Shown piece by piece: positions 50,667-60,340 of a stretch of DNA of 64,000 nt (its first letter is position 1; the number at the start of each line of letters is the position of its first letter). The stretch comes from Candidatus Woesebacteria bacterium (lineage in GTDB: Bacteria; Patescibacteriota; Microgenomatia; UBA1400; UBA1396): the NCBI GenBank assembly GCA_021208605.1, contig JAJOJK010000002.1, positions 103,851-167,850 on the forward strand, in the 5' to 3' direction. Made by a program: the position numbers and the translations under genes. The notes beneath the pieces are model-generated. The model had not been told where the DNA came from. It saw nothing but the letters and a program-made list of their open reading frames with translations, and searched no databases.

Positions 50667-50753
50667 GTCTATTCCTCATTACTCGTCATTGGTTCCTGCA
50701 TTTAAACTATACAGCGTAAATTGTGAATTGCACATTTATATGCAAATTGATCT

Positions 50754-52487
50754 CTACAACACTACCTCCAAAATCTCATACCACAACGGCGCCGCTGTCT
50801 CCGATCCCCAAGGTGAACTCGTGGGCTCGCGTAGCTTCACGAGCATGACAAATTCGGGATCCTCGGCTGGAGCAAAACCAATAAAACTGGTCAACGTGGC
50901 GTCTTCCAGATACTCACCTTTTTCTGCAATTTGAGCGGTGCCTGTTTTCCCCGCTACCACGACATCTTCAGAATCGGTCCATTTGGCGTCACCCTGATTC
51001 GCCGTATAGATCATCATCTCAGTAACTGTTTTGGCAGTGGACGGAGAAATGACTCGGCGCTGCTCGTAGGGCTCAATAATAAACTCACCATCTTCTTCGA
51101 TTACTTTTTCCACCACGTGTGGCTGCACGAGCGCTCCGCCATTGGCAATCGCAGCCACAGCTCGAATTAAGTTAATACTCGTAGTCGCAATACCCTGACC
51201 AAAAGACGCGGTAGCTAAATCAATCGTGCGCCATTGACTGTCTTCCCGAAAATCGTAGCGCGCTTCTCCCTGCAAATCGATGCCTGTAGTCTCAGCAAAA
51301 CCGAAATCGCGCAAACCACGTAAAAAGCGCTCTTTCCCAATTCTCTCTTGCGCAAACACCATAGCTGTATTATCAGATTTGGCTAGACCATCAAGCATGT
51401 TGATACCAGGATTGTACTCTTCGTTCCAAGTTTTGATAGAGAAACCAGAAATAACTCGTGGACCATCGCAATCAGTACACTCAGTCTGTGGTGTGATGGC
51501 ACCCGTCTCGATACCCAACGCCATGGTGATAACTTTCATGGTTGAGCCAGGCTCATAGAGATCAGACACCGATGGATTCCGGTATGTTTTGGGATCAAAA
51601 TCAATAAAACTTGCTGGATCATATTTTGGAAAACTGGCCATCGCAATGATTGCTCCTGTTTTGGGGTTCATAATCACCACTTCTCCAGATTGGGCTCCGT
51701 ATCGCTCAAGCCCGGCTAAGAGTTTCTGCTCCACTTGGTGCTGGAGACCTTTGTCGATAGTTAGTTGCAAATCTTTTCCTGCTTGGGCGGCCAATTGTTG
51801 TGATTTTCCCAGAGTAATTGGTAATCCGAGAGCCGTACGCTGCTCCTGCACCAAACCTTCTCGACCACGCAGCTCTAAATCGTAGTATCCCTCAATGCCA
51901 AAATAGCCCGTATCTTCGCCAGCATCATTCTTTCCCACAAAGCCAAGCAGTTGTGCCGAAACCGAGGCGTCGGGATAGTATCGATACATATGAGGATCAA
52001 AGCCGAGTCCCGTAATATCAAGACGCTCAATCTTTTCACGTTGCTCACGATCTATGCGTGGCCACACCGGTACCCATTTTCGATCTGGCTTATCAAGAGC
52101 GGCAATCAACTGGGCTTCGATGTCTTCTTCCCGTTCTTCAAGCCAGGCCTCGTCGGTGGCATATTCAGGTTCAATCTCTAGTGTGGAAAACACAATCGGG
52201 GTCAATTGTTCAGCGATATCAGAAGCGGAATCTTCGAAACGATACGGCTCCGCGAAAAGGGTGTAGAGTTCTTGATTGGTGGCAAATACAGCGCCATGAG
52301 TATCAAAAATCGTGCCACGCTGCGTGCGGAGCGGAATCCACGACTCATACTGCTCGGCAGCTGAACTCGCTAACTCCTCGTGTTTCCAGAGCTGCCAGTA
52401 GGCTAAACGCGCAACCACCACCACAAAAGCACACATGAGGAGAAAACACCATACTTGGAGGCGACGCTGCAAACCGGACATCTGCAT
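50754..52487 (-). CDS. ftsI: Peptidoglycan D,D-transpeptidase (class B PBP, FtsI)
   Basis: STMK (SxxK), SDN (SxN) and KTGTA (KTG) motifs; N-terminal TM. Confidence 0.8.
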   Translation of the reverse strand: MQMSGLQRRLQVWCFLLMCAFVVVVARLAYWQLWKHEELASSAAEQYESWIPLRTQRGTIFDTHGAVFATNQELYTLFAEPYRFEDSASDIAEQLTPIVFSTLEIEPEYATDEAWLEEREEDIEAQLIAALDKPDRKWVPVWPRIDREQREKIERLDITGLGFDPHMYRYYPDASVSAQLLGFVGKNDAGEDTGYFGIEGYYDLELRGREGLVQEQRTALGLPITLGKSQQLAAQAGKDLQLTIDKGLQHQVEQKLLAGLERYGAQSGEVVIMNPKTGAIIAMASFPKYDPASFIDFDPKTYRNPSVSDLYEPGSTMKVITMALGIETGAITPQTECTDCDGPRVISGFSIKTWNEEYNPGINMLDGLAKSDNTAMVFAQERIGKERFLRGLRDFGFAETTGIDLQGEARYDFREDSQWRTIDLATASFGQGIATTSINLIRAVAAIANGGALVQPHVVEKVIEEDGEFIIEPYEQRRVISPSTAKTVTEMMIYTANQGDAKWTDSEDVVVAGKTGTAQIAEKGEYLEDATLTSFIGFAPAEDPEFVMLVKLREPTSSPWGSETAAPLWYEILEVVL

Positions 52488-52493
52488 ACAGTT

Positions 52494-52835
52494 TTAGCGC
52501 TGCGCCACTGGGGTCGTCAAGTTGAGACTGGCTACTGGAGCAGCATCAACTGTGAACCCAGCGTCGGCAGCGTAGGCTTGGGTATAGGACAAAGAGGTCA
52601 CTTCCGCCAAACGCTCTTGCAGTACTTGTTGCTGCTGCAAAGCAATTTCGCGGCGCTCTTGTAAATGAGCAAGTGTGTAAGAAGCGCGAATAGAAACACC
52701 AGCCGCAAATACAGCCAGGAAGAAAAGACAGAAGACTCCCACAACCGCAGCTGGCACCAGCCAGTTGCGTTGGGGTTCATCTACCACCACTGGAGTGGTG
52801 AATTGATTTGACTGAGCAATGCGTACACGTTTCAT
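52494..52835 (-). CDS. ftsL: Cell division protein FtsL-like (small bitopic protein)
   Basis: 113 aa with a single TM, sitting between rsmH and ftsI. Its start overlaps the rsmH stop. Confidence 0.55.
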   Translation of the reverse strand: MKRVRIAQSNQFTTPVVVDEPQRNWLVPAAVVGVFCLFFLAVFAAGVSIRASYTLAHLQERREIALQQQQVLQERLAEVTSLSYTQAYAADAGFTVDAAPVASLNLTTPVAQR

Positions 52836-53740
52836 AATAGTTCCAGTACCCGGACTTTGACGCTGCGGGCGCGCGGGTTTTCTTGTATTTCTTCGTCACT
52901 CGGCATGAGTGGTTTTTTGTAGACCTGGACACCGCGACCACTTTTTTCCCATGCGCGGAAGCGTTGTTTCACTTCACGATCTTCGCCTTCATGGAAACTC
53001 ATGAAGACCAGTCGACCACTTGGTTCGATCCAGTGCAGGACTTGATCGAGCAAAACAGTCAAGTTGTCGAGCTCCATGTTGACGGCCATACGCAAAGCCA
53101 TAAAGACCTTGGTAGCCGGATGCAGTTTTGAGTTTTTGCGCGGTTTGACGCGAGCAATGAGATCGGCCAGTTGTTTGGTAGTGGTAAATGGTTTTTCTTC
53201 TCTGGCCTGCACGATGCGACGGGCAATTGCGCTCGAAGAGGTTTCCTGAGCAAAATCCCAGAAGAGACTCTTGAGATGGCGCTCGGGCAAAGCATTGACC
53301 AAATCAGCGGCAGTAACACCGAAATCGGTGTTCATGCGCATATCGAGTGGCTCGTCTTCTTGAAAGGTGAAGCCGCGTTCAGATTCCTCAATCTGATTGC
53401 TGCTCATACCGAGATCGAACATGGCGCCGTGAAAGTCATGGTGTTGAAAACCGGCATCTTTGAGAAGTTGCGACAACTGGGCAAAGTTGCCATGAATCAA
53501 TTTCAGGTGTCCGTTGGCTAGTTCTTCGGCAAACTGTCGCTCACCGAACTCAATGGCATCATGATCGAGATCAAACGCGACCACTTTGCCACCTCGCTCG
53601 AGAATTTCGCGAGTGTGTCCGCCGCGGCCAAATGTGCCATCGATAAACCACTTGTCTGCTTGGACATCAAGTTCGTTGACAACTTCATCTCTCATGACTG
53701 GTTTATGCATGTTCCTCCCACTCCAAACTTTCGGCGATTT
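52832..53740 (-). CDS. rsmH: 16S rRNA (cytosine1402-N4)-methyltransferase
   Basis: HKPVMRDEV...DGTFGRGGHT SAM-MTase signature. Start set at MHKPVM (53740). Confidence 0.8.
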   Translation of the reverse strand, partial: KSPKVWSGRNMHKPVMRDEVVNELDVQADKWFIDGTFGRGGHTREILERGGKVVAFDLDHDAIEFGERQFAEELANGHLKLIHGNFAQLSQLLKDAGFQHHDFHGAMFDLGMSSNQIEESERGFTFQEDEPLDMRMNTDFGVTAADLVNALPERHLKSLFWDFAQETSSSAIARRIVQAREEKPFTTTKQLADLIARVKPRKNSKLHPATKVFMALRMAVNMELDNLTVLLDQVLHWIEPSGRLVFMSFHEGEDREVKQRFRAWEKSGRGVQVYKKPLMPSDEEIQENPRARSVKVRVLELL

Positions 53741-54137
53741 CTTCGGCTTGATCTTGAATGGAATCGAGATAGGTGTGATAGGTATCGCGATCCCAGATTT
53801 CGACATACTGCAGTGAACCAACAATCACGACGTCTTTGTCGAGCTTGAAGGCATTGGCGAGCGTGTCAGGAATGGTAACTCGCCCCACTTTATCTGGCTC
53901 AACGACATAGGCGTCGTTACTGAGCAAGCGGAGAAAATTACGCGCTTTTTTCTTAGTAAAGGGTTGGTGTTCCAGGTTGTTCACGAGCTTGTTCCAGAAT
54001 GACTCTGGAAGCAGGAAGATTCCGCCATCGAGACCTCGAGTCAGAACCGGGGAGTTTCCGAGAGAGCCACGCATGTTTTTGGGAACAGTGACGCGTCGTT
54101 GTGAATCGAGCGAGTGATACGACGTCCCAATCAGCAT
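53703..54137 (-). CDS. mraZ: Transcriptional regulator MraZ
   Basis: 144 aa with a duplicated SpoVT/AbrB-like module (LDSQRRVTVP... / DKVGRVTIP...). Confidence 0.8.
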   Translation of the reverse strand: MLIGTSYHSLDSQRRVTVPKNMRGSLGNSPVLTRGLDGGIFLLPESFWNKLVNNLEHQPFTKKKARNFLRLLSNDAYVVEPDKVGRVTIPDTLANAFKLDKDVVIVGSLQYVEIWDRDTYHTYLDSIQDQAEEIAESLEWEEHA

Positions 54138-54238
54138 GTAATAACTTTTTCTCTAGGATATTTTCCCTATTGTTTCCTTTCATTAACTATATAGCGTTTG
54201 TAGTTGAGGTGCAACGGGGAAATGCGTAGCAAAAACCT

Positions 54239-54248
54239 GTGGCATAAT
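54239..54248 (+). promoter_or_regulatory. Extended -10-like element (TGgCATAAT) upstream of ORF 54275
   Basis: Seen directly in the sequence; there is no clear -35. Confidence 0.25.
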
Positions 54249-54274
54249 GAACACAGAACAAAAGATAGAAACTC

Positions 54275-55294
54275 ATGTCTCAAGAAACACGTCCACTCCA
54301 GGAACTAAATCAAATTTTTCCTATTTCAGAAGTAATTCCTGAAAATATTCTGAAAACCATTCAAAATGCTGAGTTCGGCACTGATCTCTCTCGTCGGCTT
54401 GATTTTGGTAAATTCGAGAGTGAACAGCTCATTGCTGATATCGTAGAAAGTTCTGTTCGAGCGGGAAGATGGCAGGGAACTATTATCGATACCACGATTG
54501 AAGATCCGCATAATTTGCAACAAAGCATTCATGCCTTTTTTCGGCATCTAGCGGAAAATAGAGTACTTGGTTACAAAGAGGGTATCGAAAGACTTATAAA
54601 TAATAATTGGGCATCAATCGTTTTTCATAATGGAAAATTAGCGCTGGTGCCGACACCTGATGGTATTACTAAACTCAAAAACCAATTTGACACATCAATT
54701 CGATTTGTGACAGCCAATCCACCTCCAGACAAGAAGCAAGCACACGCTGCTCCTGCAGAAGACGAGGTAAACATGATCATTGAAACATTTTTGAGAGAAA
54801 CACAACTAACTGAACAAATCAACGAACGAATCGAAAATTTCAGTCCTGATGAGAAAAACACCTATCAACGAATGCTACATTATTTCCAACTTGATAATCA
54901 GGTCGATGTTGCTACCGCCGAAAGTATTTTTTATGAACTCTTTGATTCTGATGACTACTCACCACAAGAAAAGAAATCTTTGGACGACGTTTTAGCTGCT
55001 CTCAAAAACGGGATAGAGGTTTACAAGAAATCAGAAAAACTACTCACGCTCATTCAACAATTACAGTCTCTTATTTATAGGCTATTGAAACTCAAGCAAT
55101 TCATTCTTGTGATTAACCCAGAAGAAGGAACAAATATTCGATTTTTGGAAGAATCGCAAAAACAACTCGAGGAATTTTCATTGGAACTCACCGACCCGGT
55201 TCTTTCTTTAGAAAGATTTGCTGAACTGCAAGATTTCACTGAGACACGTGCTCAAAGAATTTATGAAATCAGTGATAATTATTCATATGATTAA
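54275..55294 (+). CDS. Hypothetical protein (AT-rich ORFan)
   Basis: 339 aa ORF; composition differs from the surrounding genes. Confidence 0.45.
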   Translation: MSQETRPLQELNQIFPISEVIPENILKTIQNAEFGTDLSRRLDFGKFESEQLIADIVESSVRAGRWQGTIIDTTIEDPHNLQQSIHAFFRHLAENRVLGYKEGIERLINNNWASIVFHNGKLALVPTPDGITKLKNQFDTSIRFVTANPPPDKKQAHAAPAEDEVNMIIETFLRETQLTEQINERIENFSPDEKNTYQRMLHYFQLDNQVDVATAESIFYELFDSDDYSPQEKKSLDDVLAALKNGIEVYKKSEKLLTLIQQLQSLIYRLLKLKQFILVINPEEGTNIRFLEESQKQLEEFSLELTDPVLSLERFAELQDFTETRAQRIYEISDNYSYD

Positions 55295-55360
55295 AGACTC
55301 CCGAAACAGTCATGTCGACACATCTCAAGACTAAAAACAAGATAGCAAATCGCTAAATTT

Positions 55361-55966
55361 TCACTGAAACAATCGCGGACGCCCTAACCGGTACTCATAG
55401 TTACCGAGCTTCCGCTCCCCAATCTCCTTCGCCGGCACGCCGCCAACAATTTTCCCTGGCGCCACATCTTTCGTCACTACGGCACCAGCGCCAATCACAG
55501 CACCTTTTCCAACAGTAACTCCAGGTAAAATAATCGCGCGTGGACCAATAAATACGTAGTCTTCAATAACCACTGGCTCTTCAATCGGACCAAAATCAGC
55601 AGCGTTAATATCGTGCTCACTGTTATAAATCATCACCTGAGAAGCAATGTCGACATGGTTGCCAATTGTGAGCGGCGCACGTCCATCCAAAACGGCGTGA
55701 TCACCCACGAGAGTGCCTTCGCCAATAGAAACCCCACTCGGCTTATAAAACTTGGCACCAACATGAATGGTCGATTTTTTGCCCATGCGCACACCGGCCA
55801 ATCCAAAAAAGATGCGGCGGAAAGTATGCAATGGCACGTACGCCACCACACTGAGCCACAGTAATTCTAGGTCTTCAAAGTAACTGCCAAAACGGCGGAA
55901 AATTTTGCCGAGAGCGGTTTCCCAACTCAATTGATTCCCCATGCGATCGCGAAACGGTGATGTCAT
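55361..55966 (-). CDS. Hexapeptide-repeat acetyltransferase (WcaF / sugar O-acetyltransferase-like)
   Basis: Left-handed beta-helix hexapeptide repeats; 201 aa. Confidence 0.7.
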   Translation of the reverse strand: MTSPFRDRMGNQLSWETALGKIFRRFGSYFEDLELLWLSVVAYVPLHTFRRIFFGLAGVRMGKKSTIHVGAKFYKPSGVSIGEGTLVGDHAVLDGRAPLTIGNHVDIASQVMIYNSEHDINAADFGPIEEPVVIEDYVFIGPRAIILPGVTVGKGAVIGAGAVVTKDVAPGKIVGGVPAKEIGERKLGNYEYRLGRPRLFQ

Positions 55967-55990
55967 GCTGGTATCGTATCATGTTTCGGC

Positions 55991-56966
55991 CTAGACGATC
56001 ATCCGTCCACGCGCGGTACGTTTGATCTTGCCGATCTGCATGAGATACGGTTCAACGACTTCTTCGAGCGTCAAAGCGTCTTCGCTCAGCGCCGCGGCCA
56101 AGGTCTGCAATCCTACCGGACCACCGTGGAACTGGTGTTTGAGTACCTCGATGTAGCGGCGATCGTGTTCATCTAAACCATCCTCATCAATCTGTTGCAG
56201 GGCTAAGGCGTCTTTGAGGTGGCGGTTCTCGACCGCTGCACTGTTATCGAGTTGGGCAATGTCGCGCACGCGTTTCAAGAGTTTGAGCGCAATACGGGGC
56301 GTTCCACGGGAACGGCGAGCCAGGGCAAGAGCCACATCTTCTCTCATCTTGACACCAAAGTTTCTCGCCTGCCCCCTGCAAAATAACAATCAATTCTTCT
56401 GGCTCGTAGTACTTTACGCGATGCACCAAACCAAACCGGTCGCGAAATGGCGCCGCGAGACTTCCATATTTGGTAGTGGCTCCAACAAGAGTGAACGGCG
56501 GTAAATCCAAACGCATCACGCGTGCTGACGGACCTTTGCCCAAGACCACATCGAGCGCAAAATCCTCCATAACGGGATACAGCGTTTCCTCAATTTGCCG
56601 TGGTAAGCGGTGGATTTCGTCAATAAAGAAAATATCATTGGGTTGCAGACTCGTCAAAATAGCGGCCACATCGCCAACTTTGGTGAGCGTAGTAGCCGAG
56701 GCAATGTGGATTTGGCTCCCCATCGACTTGGAAATCAAGTTCGAGAGTGTTGTCTTCCCAAGTCCGGGCGGGCCATACAGGAGCGTGTGCTCCAGGGCCT
56801 CTTCGCGCTGACGAGCGGCTTCTATGGCCACCTGCAGAGACTGTTTGACCTGCGACTGACCGTGGAACTCATCCCAGGCTTCGACGCGTAAGGATGTAAA
56901 TAACTGCTCCTCCTCTGGTGAGGTGGGCATGTCATCAAAGATGTCGTTTTTCGGTATGTTGGCCAT
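55991..56966 (-). CDS. ruvB: Holliday junction branch migration ATPase RuvB, split at a C5/G5 run (56362-56366)
   Basis: Walker A GPPGLGKTT and sensor motifs in ORF 56244-56966, and RRSRGTPRIA in ORF 55991-56389. Removing one G gives …ILQGQARNFGVKM…, matching the E. coli spacing. Confidence 0.75.
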
Positions 56967-56967
56967 A

Positions 56968-57534
56968 TTACCTCTTGAGTTGTTGGAGCGCCCATTTCAG
57001 GGCCTGCTCTGGAGTCCAGTCTTTTTCAATTTGTTGCAGTATTGGCTGAATATCGGCCGCACCATAGCCCATACTTTCCAGTGCCTCCTGCACGTCTTGC
57101 GCCACTGGCGATTGGAGTTCAAAGACAATGCCGCCCTCGCCACCAATCTTGGACTGCAGTTCCAAAATGATTTTCTGAGCTGTTTTCTTCCCCAAACGCG
57201 GCACCGACTGGAAAAAGGCCACATTCGACTGACGAATTGCCTCCACGCCGGCCTGAAAGCCATCATTCAAGACATTCAAGGCTGTCTTCGGACCAACGCC
57301 AGAAACGCCAATCAACAAAGTAAAAAACTCTCGGTCTTCTCTACTGCTAAATCCATAGAGTTCCAGAGCGTCCTCTTTCACATGCGTGTAAATATGCAAC
57401 TGAGCCTTCTCCCCGAGCGGAAAACGTGTCAGCTGGCGTGGCGGGACCAATACTTCGTACCCCACATCGTGGACATCGAGTACCAGACCCTCGCTAAATA
57501 GTGAGGCGACTTTTCCGGTGAGCATTCGTATCAT
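56968..57534 (-). CDS. ruvA: Holliday junction DNA helicase RuvA
   Basis: MIRMLTGKV...GVGYEVLVP N-terminus; HhH motifs (GVGPKTA). Confidence 0.8.
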   Translation of the reverse strand: MIRMLTGKVASLFSEGLVLDVHDVGYEVLVPPRQLTRFPLGEKAQLHIYTHVKEDALELYGFSSREDREFFTLLIGVSGVGPKTALNVLNDGFQAGVEAIRQSNVAFFQSVPRLGKKTAQKIILELQSKIGGEGGIVFELQSPVAQDVQEALESMGYGAADIQPILQQIEKDWTPEQALKWALQQLKR

Positions 57535-58037
57535 AGTATCTTTCCCGTTTTCCAGTGGCTCGCGTGCGTGACGGCCGCGGCCAATGCATCACCAGTATCG
57601 TCAAGATTCGGGATTTTTTCAAGTTTCAGTAAACGGTACACCATGCCGAGCATCTGGTCTTTGGGGGCGTTGCCTTGTCCAGTGACGGCCATTTTGATGG
57701 TATTCGGGGCATATTCTGCCACGGGGATCGCGTGGAGAAATGACTGCGCGAAGATCAGTCCCCGTACTTCGCTCACCGGCAACGCAGTCGACACATTGCG
57801 CGAAAAAAACAAACTTTCGATGGCAATAACGTCAATTGGATACTGAGCAAACAAATGATCCATCTGCCGCCAGATTTGACGGAAACGATCGGCCTTCTCA
57901 TCTTTCGCAGAAGTCTGCACACACCCATACTCCACTGCTTTAAGCGCGGTATTTTGCTGTGCCACAATGGCCCAGCCACACCGATCGTAACCTGGGTCAA
58001 TTCCTAAAATCAGCTGACGAAATGGTTTCGCCGTCAT
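57531..58037 (-). CDS. ruvC: Crossover junction endodeoxyribonuclease RuvC
   Basis: ILGIDPGYDRCGWAIV and catalytic acidic residues; 168 aa. Confidence 0.8.
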   Translation of the reverse strand: MTAKPFRQLILGIDPGYDRCGWAIVAQQNTALKAVEYGCVQTSAKDEKADRFRQIWRQMDHLFAQYPIDVIAIESLFFSRNVSTALPVSEVRGLIFAQSFLHAIPVAEYAPNTIKMAVTGQGNAPKDQMLGMVYRLLKLEKIPNLDDTGDALAAAVTHASHWKTGKIL

Positions 58038-58061
58038 ATGTGTCTCTCACCATACCACGTC

Positions 58062-59201
58062 TTATAAGGCATGGGTATGACTGAGTAACTTCCAGAGCGT
58101 TTCCCCAACCAACGCACCAGATTTTTCCCAAGAGAACTGACTGGCGTGCACCTGCAACGCCGCAATCATTTTCTTCTTCTCTGCTGGCGAACACGCTAAC
58201 ACTTCTTCAATTCCGCGAGCAATATCTTCTACTGATTCCGGATCAACTTTAATGCCGCTTTCTCCTACTACCTCTGGCAAAGAAGAAGCGTCAGAAACCA
58301 CAGGAATGGTTCCCAACAACAGAGCCTCCAGTGGCGGAATGCCAAACCCTTCGTACAAACCTGGTAGTACCAACATTTCCGCTTCCATGAGTAAAGCGTA
58401 TTTTTCTTCGTCGGTCACGAATCCGAGCTGGCGAATGTGGTCACGGGCCGATGAAGTTTCTATGCGTTGCACAATGGAGTCGCTTTTCCAGCCAATTTTT
58501 CCAGCCAGGACAAGCTCGCCATCCCACCCGTTTTGGCGGACCACTTCAAAGGCGCCAACCAAGCGGTCAATGTTTTTACGTGGTTGCACAGTACCAACAT
58601 ACACCAAAAATGGCTTCTGGATTCCAAAACGCTCCCGTACTGCTTGGCGCGTCGCCGCACTTGGTTCAACAATATTTCGGGGAGCTGCTGGATACACCAC
58701 CGTCACATCTTCGGGATCGCGGCGGTACTGTTCAATAACATCGTTTTTGGTCGCCTCCGAAATGGCGAATATATGCTGTCCTTGCGTTCCGCTGTATTGC
58801 GTGAGGAAGTGGAGTTGCCAATAGTCTTTGCGTTTAAAATGATCAGAAAAAAACTCAAAAGCCAAATCCATAATCGTAGGCACTACAGGAACCGGTGCAC
58901 TGCTGGGCACATAATGGCCCGGTGAAAAAAAGAGCTGAATGTCACGCTTCTGCCACAGCTCTAATGGTAACCGCCAGAGCGTCCAAAATGGCACATGCGG
59001 CACTACTCGATACTGCCACCACGCCGTTTCCGCCGGCATATCTGACAGAGGCGCAGCCGATATGTAGACAATAACCGAAAATTTTTGTGTCTCATTCAAC
59101 CACTCATGCAGCGCGTGCAACAACTCATACGCATAGACGTTACTGCCGACTCGGTTGAGTACGTTGGCTTCGTTTCCATCAATTCCAATGGTGTACTGCA
59201 T
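58062..59201 (-). CDS. Glycosyltransferase family 4
   Basis: GT-B; LVLPGLYEGFGIPPLEAL EX7E motif. Start set at MQYTIGIDG. Confidence 0.75.
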   Translation of the reverse strand: MQYTIGIDGNEANVLNRVGSNVYAYELLHALHEWLNETQKFSVIVYISAAPLSDMPAETAWWQYRVVPHVPFWTLWRLPLELWQKRDIQLFFSPGHYVPSSAPVPVVPTIMDLAFEFFSDHFKRKDYWQLHFLTQYSGTQGQHIFAISEATKNDVIEQYRRDPEDVTVVYPAAPRNIVEPSAATRQAVRERFGIQKPFLVYVGTVQPRKNIDRLVGAFEVVRQNGWDGELVLAGKIGWKSDSIVQRIETSSARDHIRQLGFVTDEEKYALLMEAEMLVLPGLYEGFGIPPLEALLLGTIPVVSDASSLPEVVGESGIKVDPESVEDIARGIEEVLACSPAEKKKMIAALQVHASQFSWEKSGALVGETLWKLLSHTHAL

Positions 59202-59209
59202 GCGTTCCT

Positions 59210-60340
59210 TTAGCTTCTCTCTTTGACCAATTGGTAAACCTGTTTGGTTTCGGCAGCAGCCTGATCCCAAGAAAAAGTATCTAGCGTCTGCTGCATTTTT
59301 GCGACTCGCTTCTTACGAGCTAGAGAATCACTCGCTTCTATACTCTGGCACGCTTCCGCAATCGCCGCCACGTTGTAAGGATCTACAAGCTCGGCGCCCG
59401 GTCCAGCAATCTCGACCATACTAGAAACCTGGGAAGTCACCACTGGACAGCCATGGAAATAGGCTTCCAGAATCGGCAAACCAAAGCCTTCATACAGCGA
59501 TACGTATACCAACGCGTGTGCCAAACGGTACAAACTAGCCAAACGAGCGGAATCAACGTAGCCCATGTAGTGTATACCCTCTGATTGTGGGAGCTCATCC
59601 CATCCCTCGGCACCAACAATATACAAATCAAACTGATCGCGGATCTTTTCCCACGCTGCAATGACTCGTCGTAAGTTCTTGCGCGGTTCGGTAGTGCCGA
59701 CAGTCAAGAGAAACGGTTTTGTCCCCGGAAGATTTTTCTTGACGGCCGTCACTTCCTGTTCGCTCGGCACGTACTGGGCTTCGCGCGGCAGAGCTTCGTA
59801 AATAACCGTCACCTGCTCTGGCGGAATTGCCGTCAGATTGACGATATCTTTTTTGGTCGATTCGGAAACAGCAATAATCTGAATTTCGGGATGACGCTCT
59901 AGGGTAGCCAGCAATCGATCATACATCGCCACCACTTTTGGATGCGCGGTTTCTGGATAGAGTCGATACGCTAAGTCGTGAATCGTCACCACCTGCGGCA
60001 CCGATCCAACTGGAGCGAGCTGCCAATCCCAGGCGTGATACACATCCAAACCAGGCGCTATCCACTGCGGCTGAGGCATACCGACACTTTGCCAGAGACG
60101 GTGGAGTCCGGAAGGTGGCAGCGGCAAGAGTGTTGAGTCCACGGTCGAACCAAACTGATTCATCCACGCTCGTAAAGTAGCTTGTTGTCGCAGTGAGTAC
60201 CCCAACAAATGCAGAGCAAGTCCCGGTTGCTCGACCAACGACTGCACGACATTACTGGTATAACGTGAAACGCCGCGGCCGTAGGGCACCGACGAAACAT
60301 CAATCATCACGTGTATATTTGAAGCGGTGGTTTTATTCAT
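59210..60340 (-). CDS. Glycosyltransferase family 4
   Basis: GT-B; VYVSLYEGFGLPILEA EX7E motif. Confidence 0.75.
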   Translation of the reverse strand: MNKTTASNIHVMIDVSSVPYGRGVSRYTSNVVQSLVEQPGLALHLLGYSLRQQATLRAWMNQFGSTVDSTLLPLPPSGLHRLWQSVGMPQPQWIAPGLDVYHAWDWQLAPVGSVPQVVTIHDLAYRLYPETAHPKVVAMYDRLLATLERHPEIQIIAVSESTKKDIVNLTAIPPEQVTVIYEALPREAQYVPSEQEVTAVKKNLPGTKPFLLTVGTTEPRKNLRRVIAAWEKIRDQFDLYIVGAEGWDELPQSEGIHYMGYVDSARLASLYRLAHALVYVSLYEGFGLPILEAYFHGCPVVTSQVSSMVEIAGPGAELVDPYNVAAIAEACQSIEASDSLARKKRVAKMQQTLDTFSWDQAAAETKQVYQLVKERS

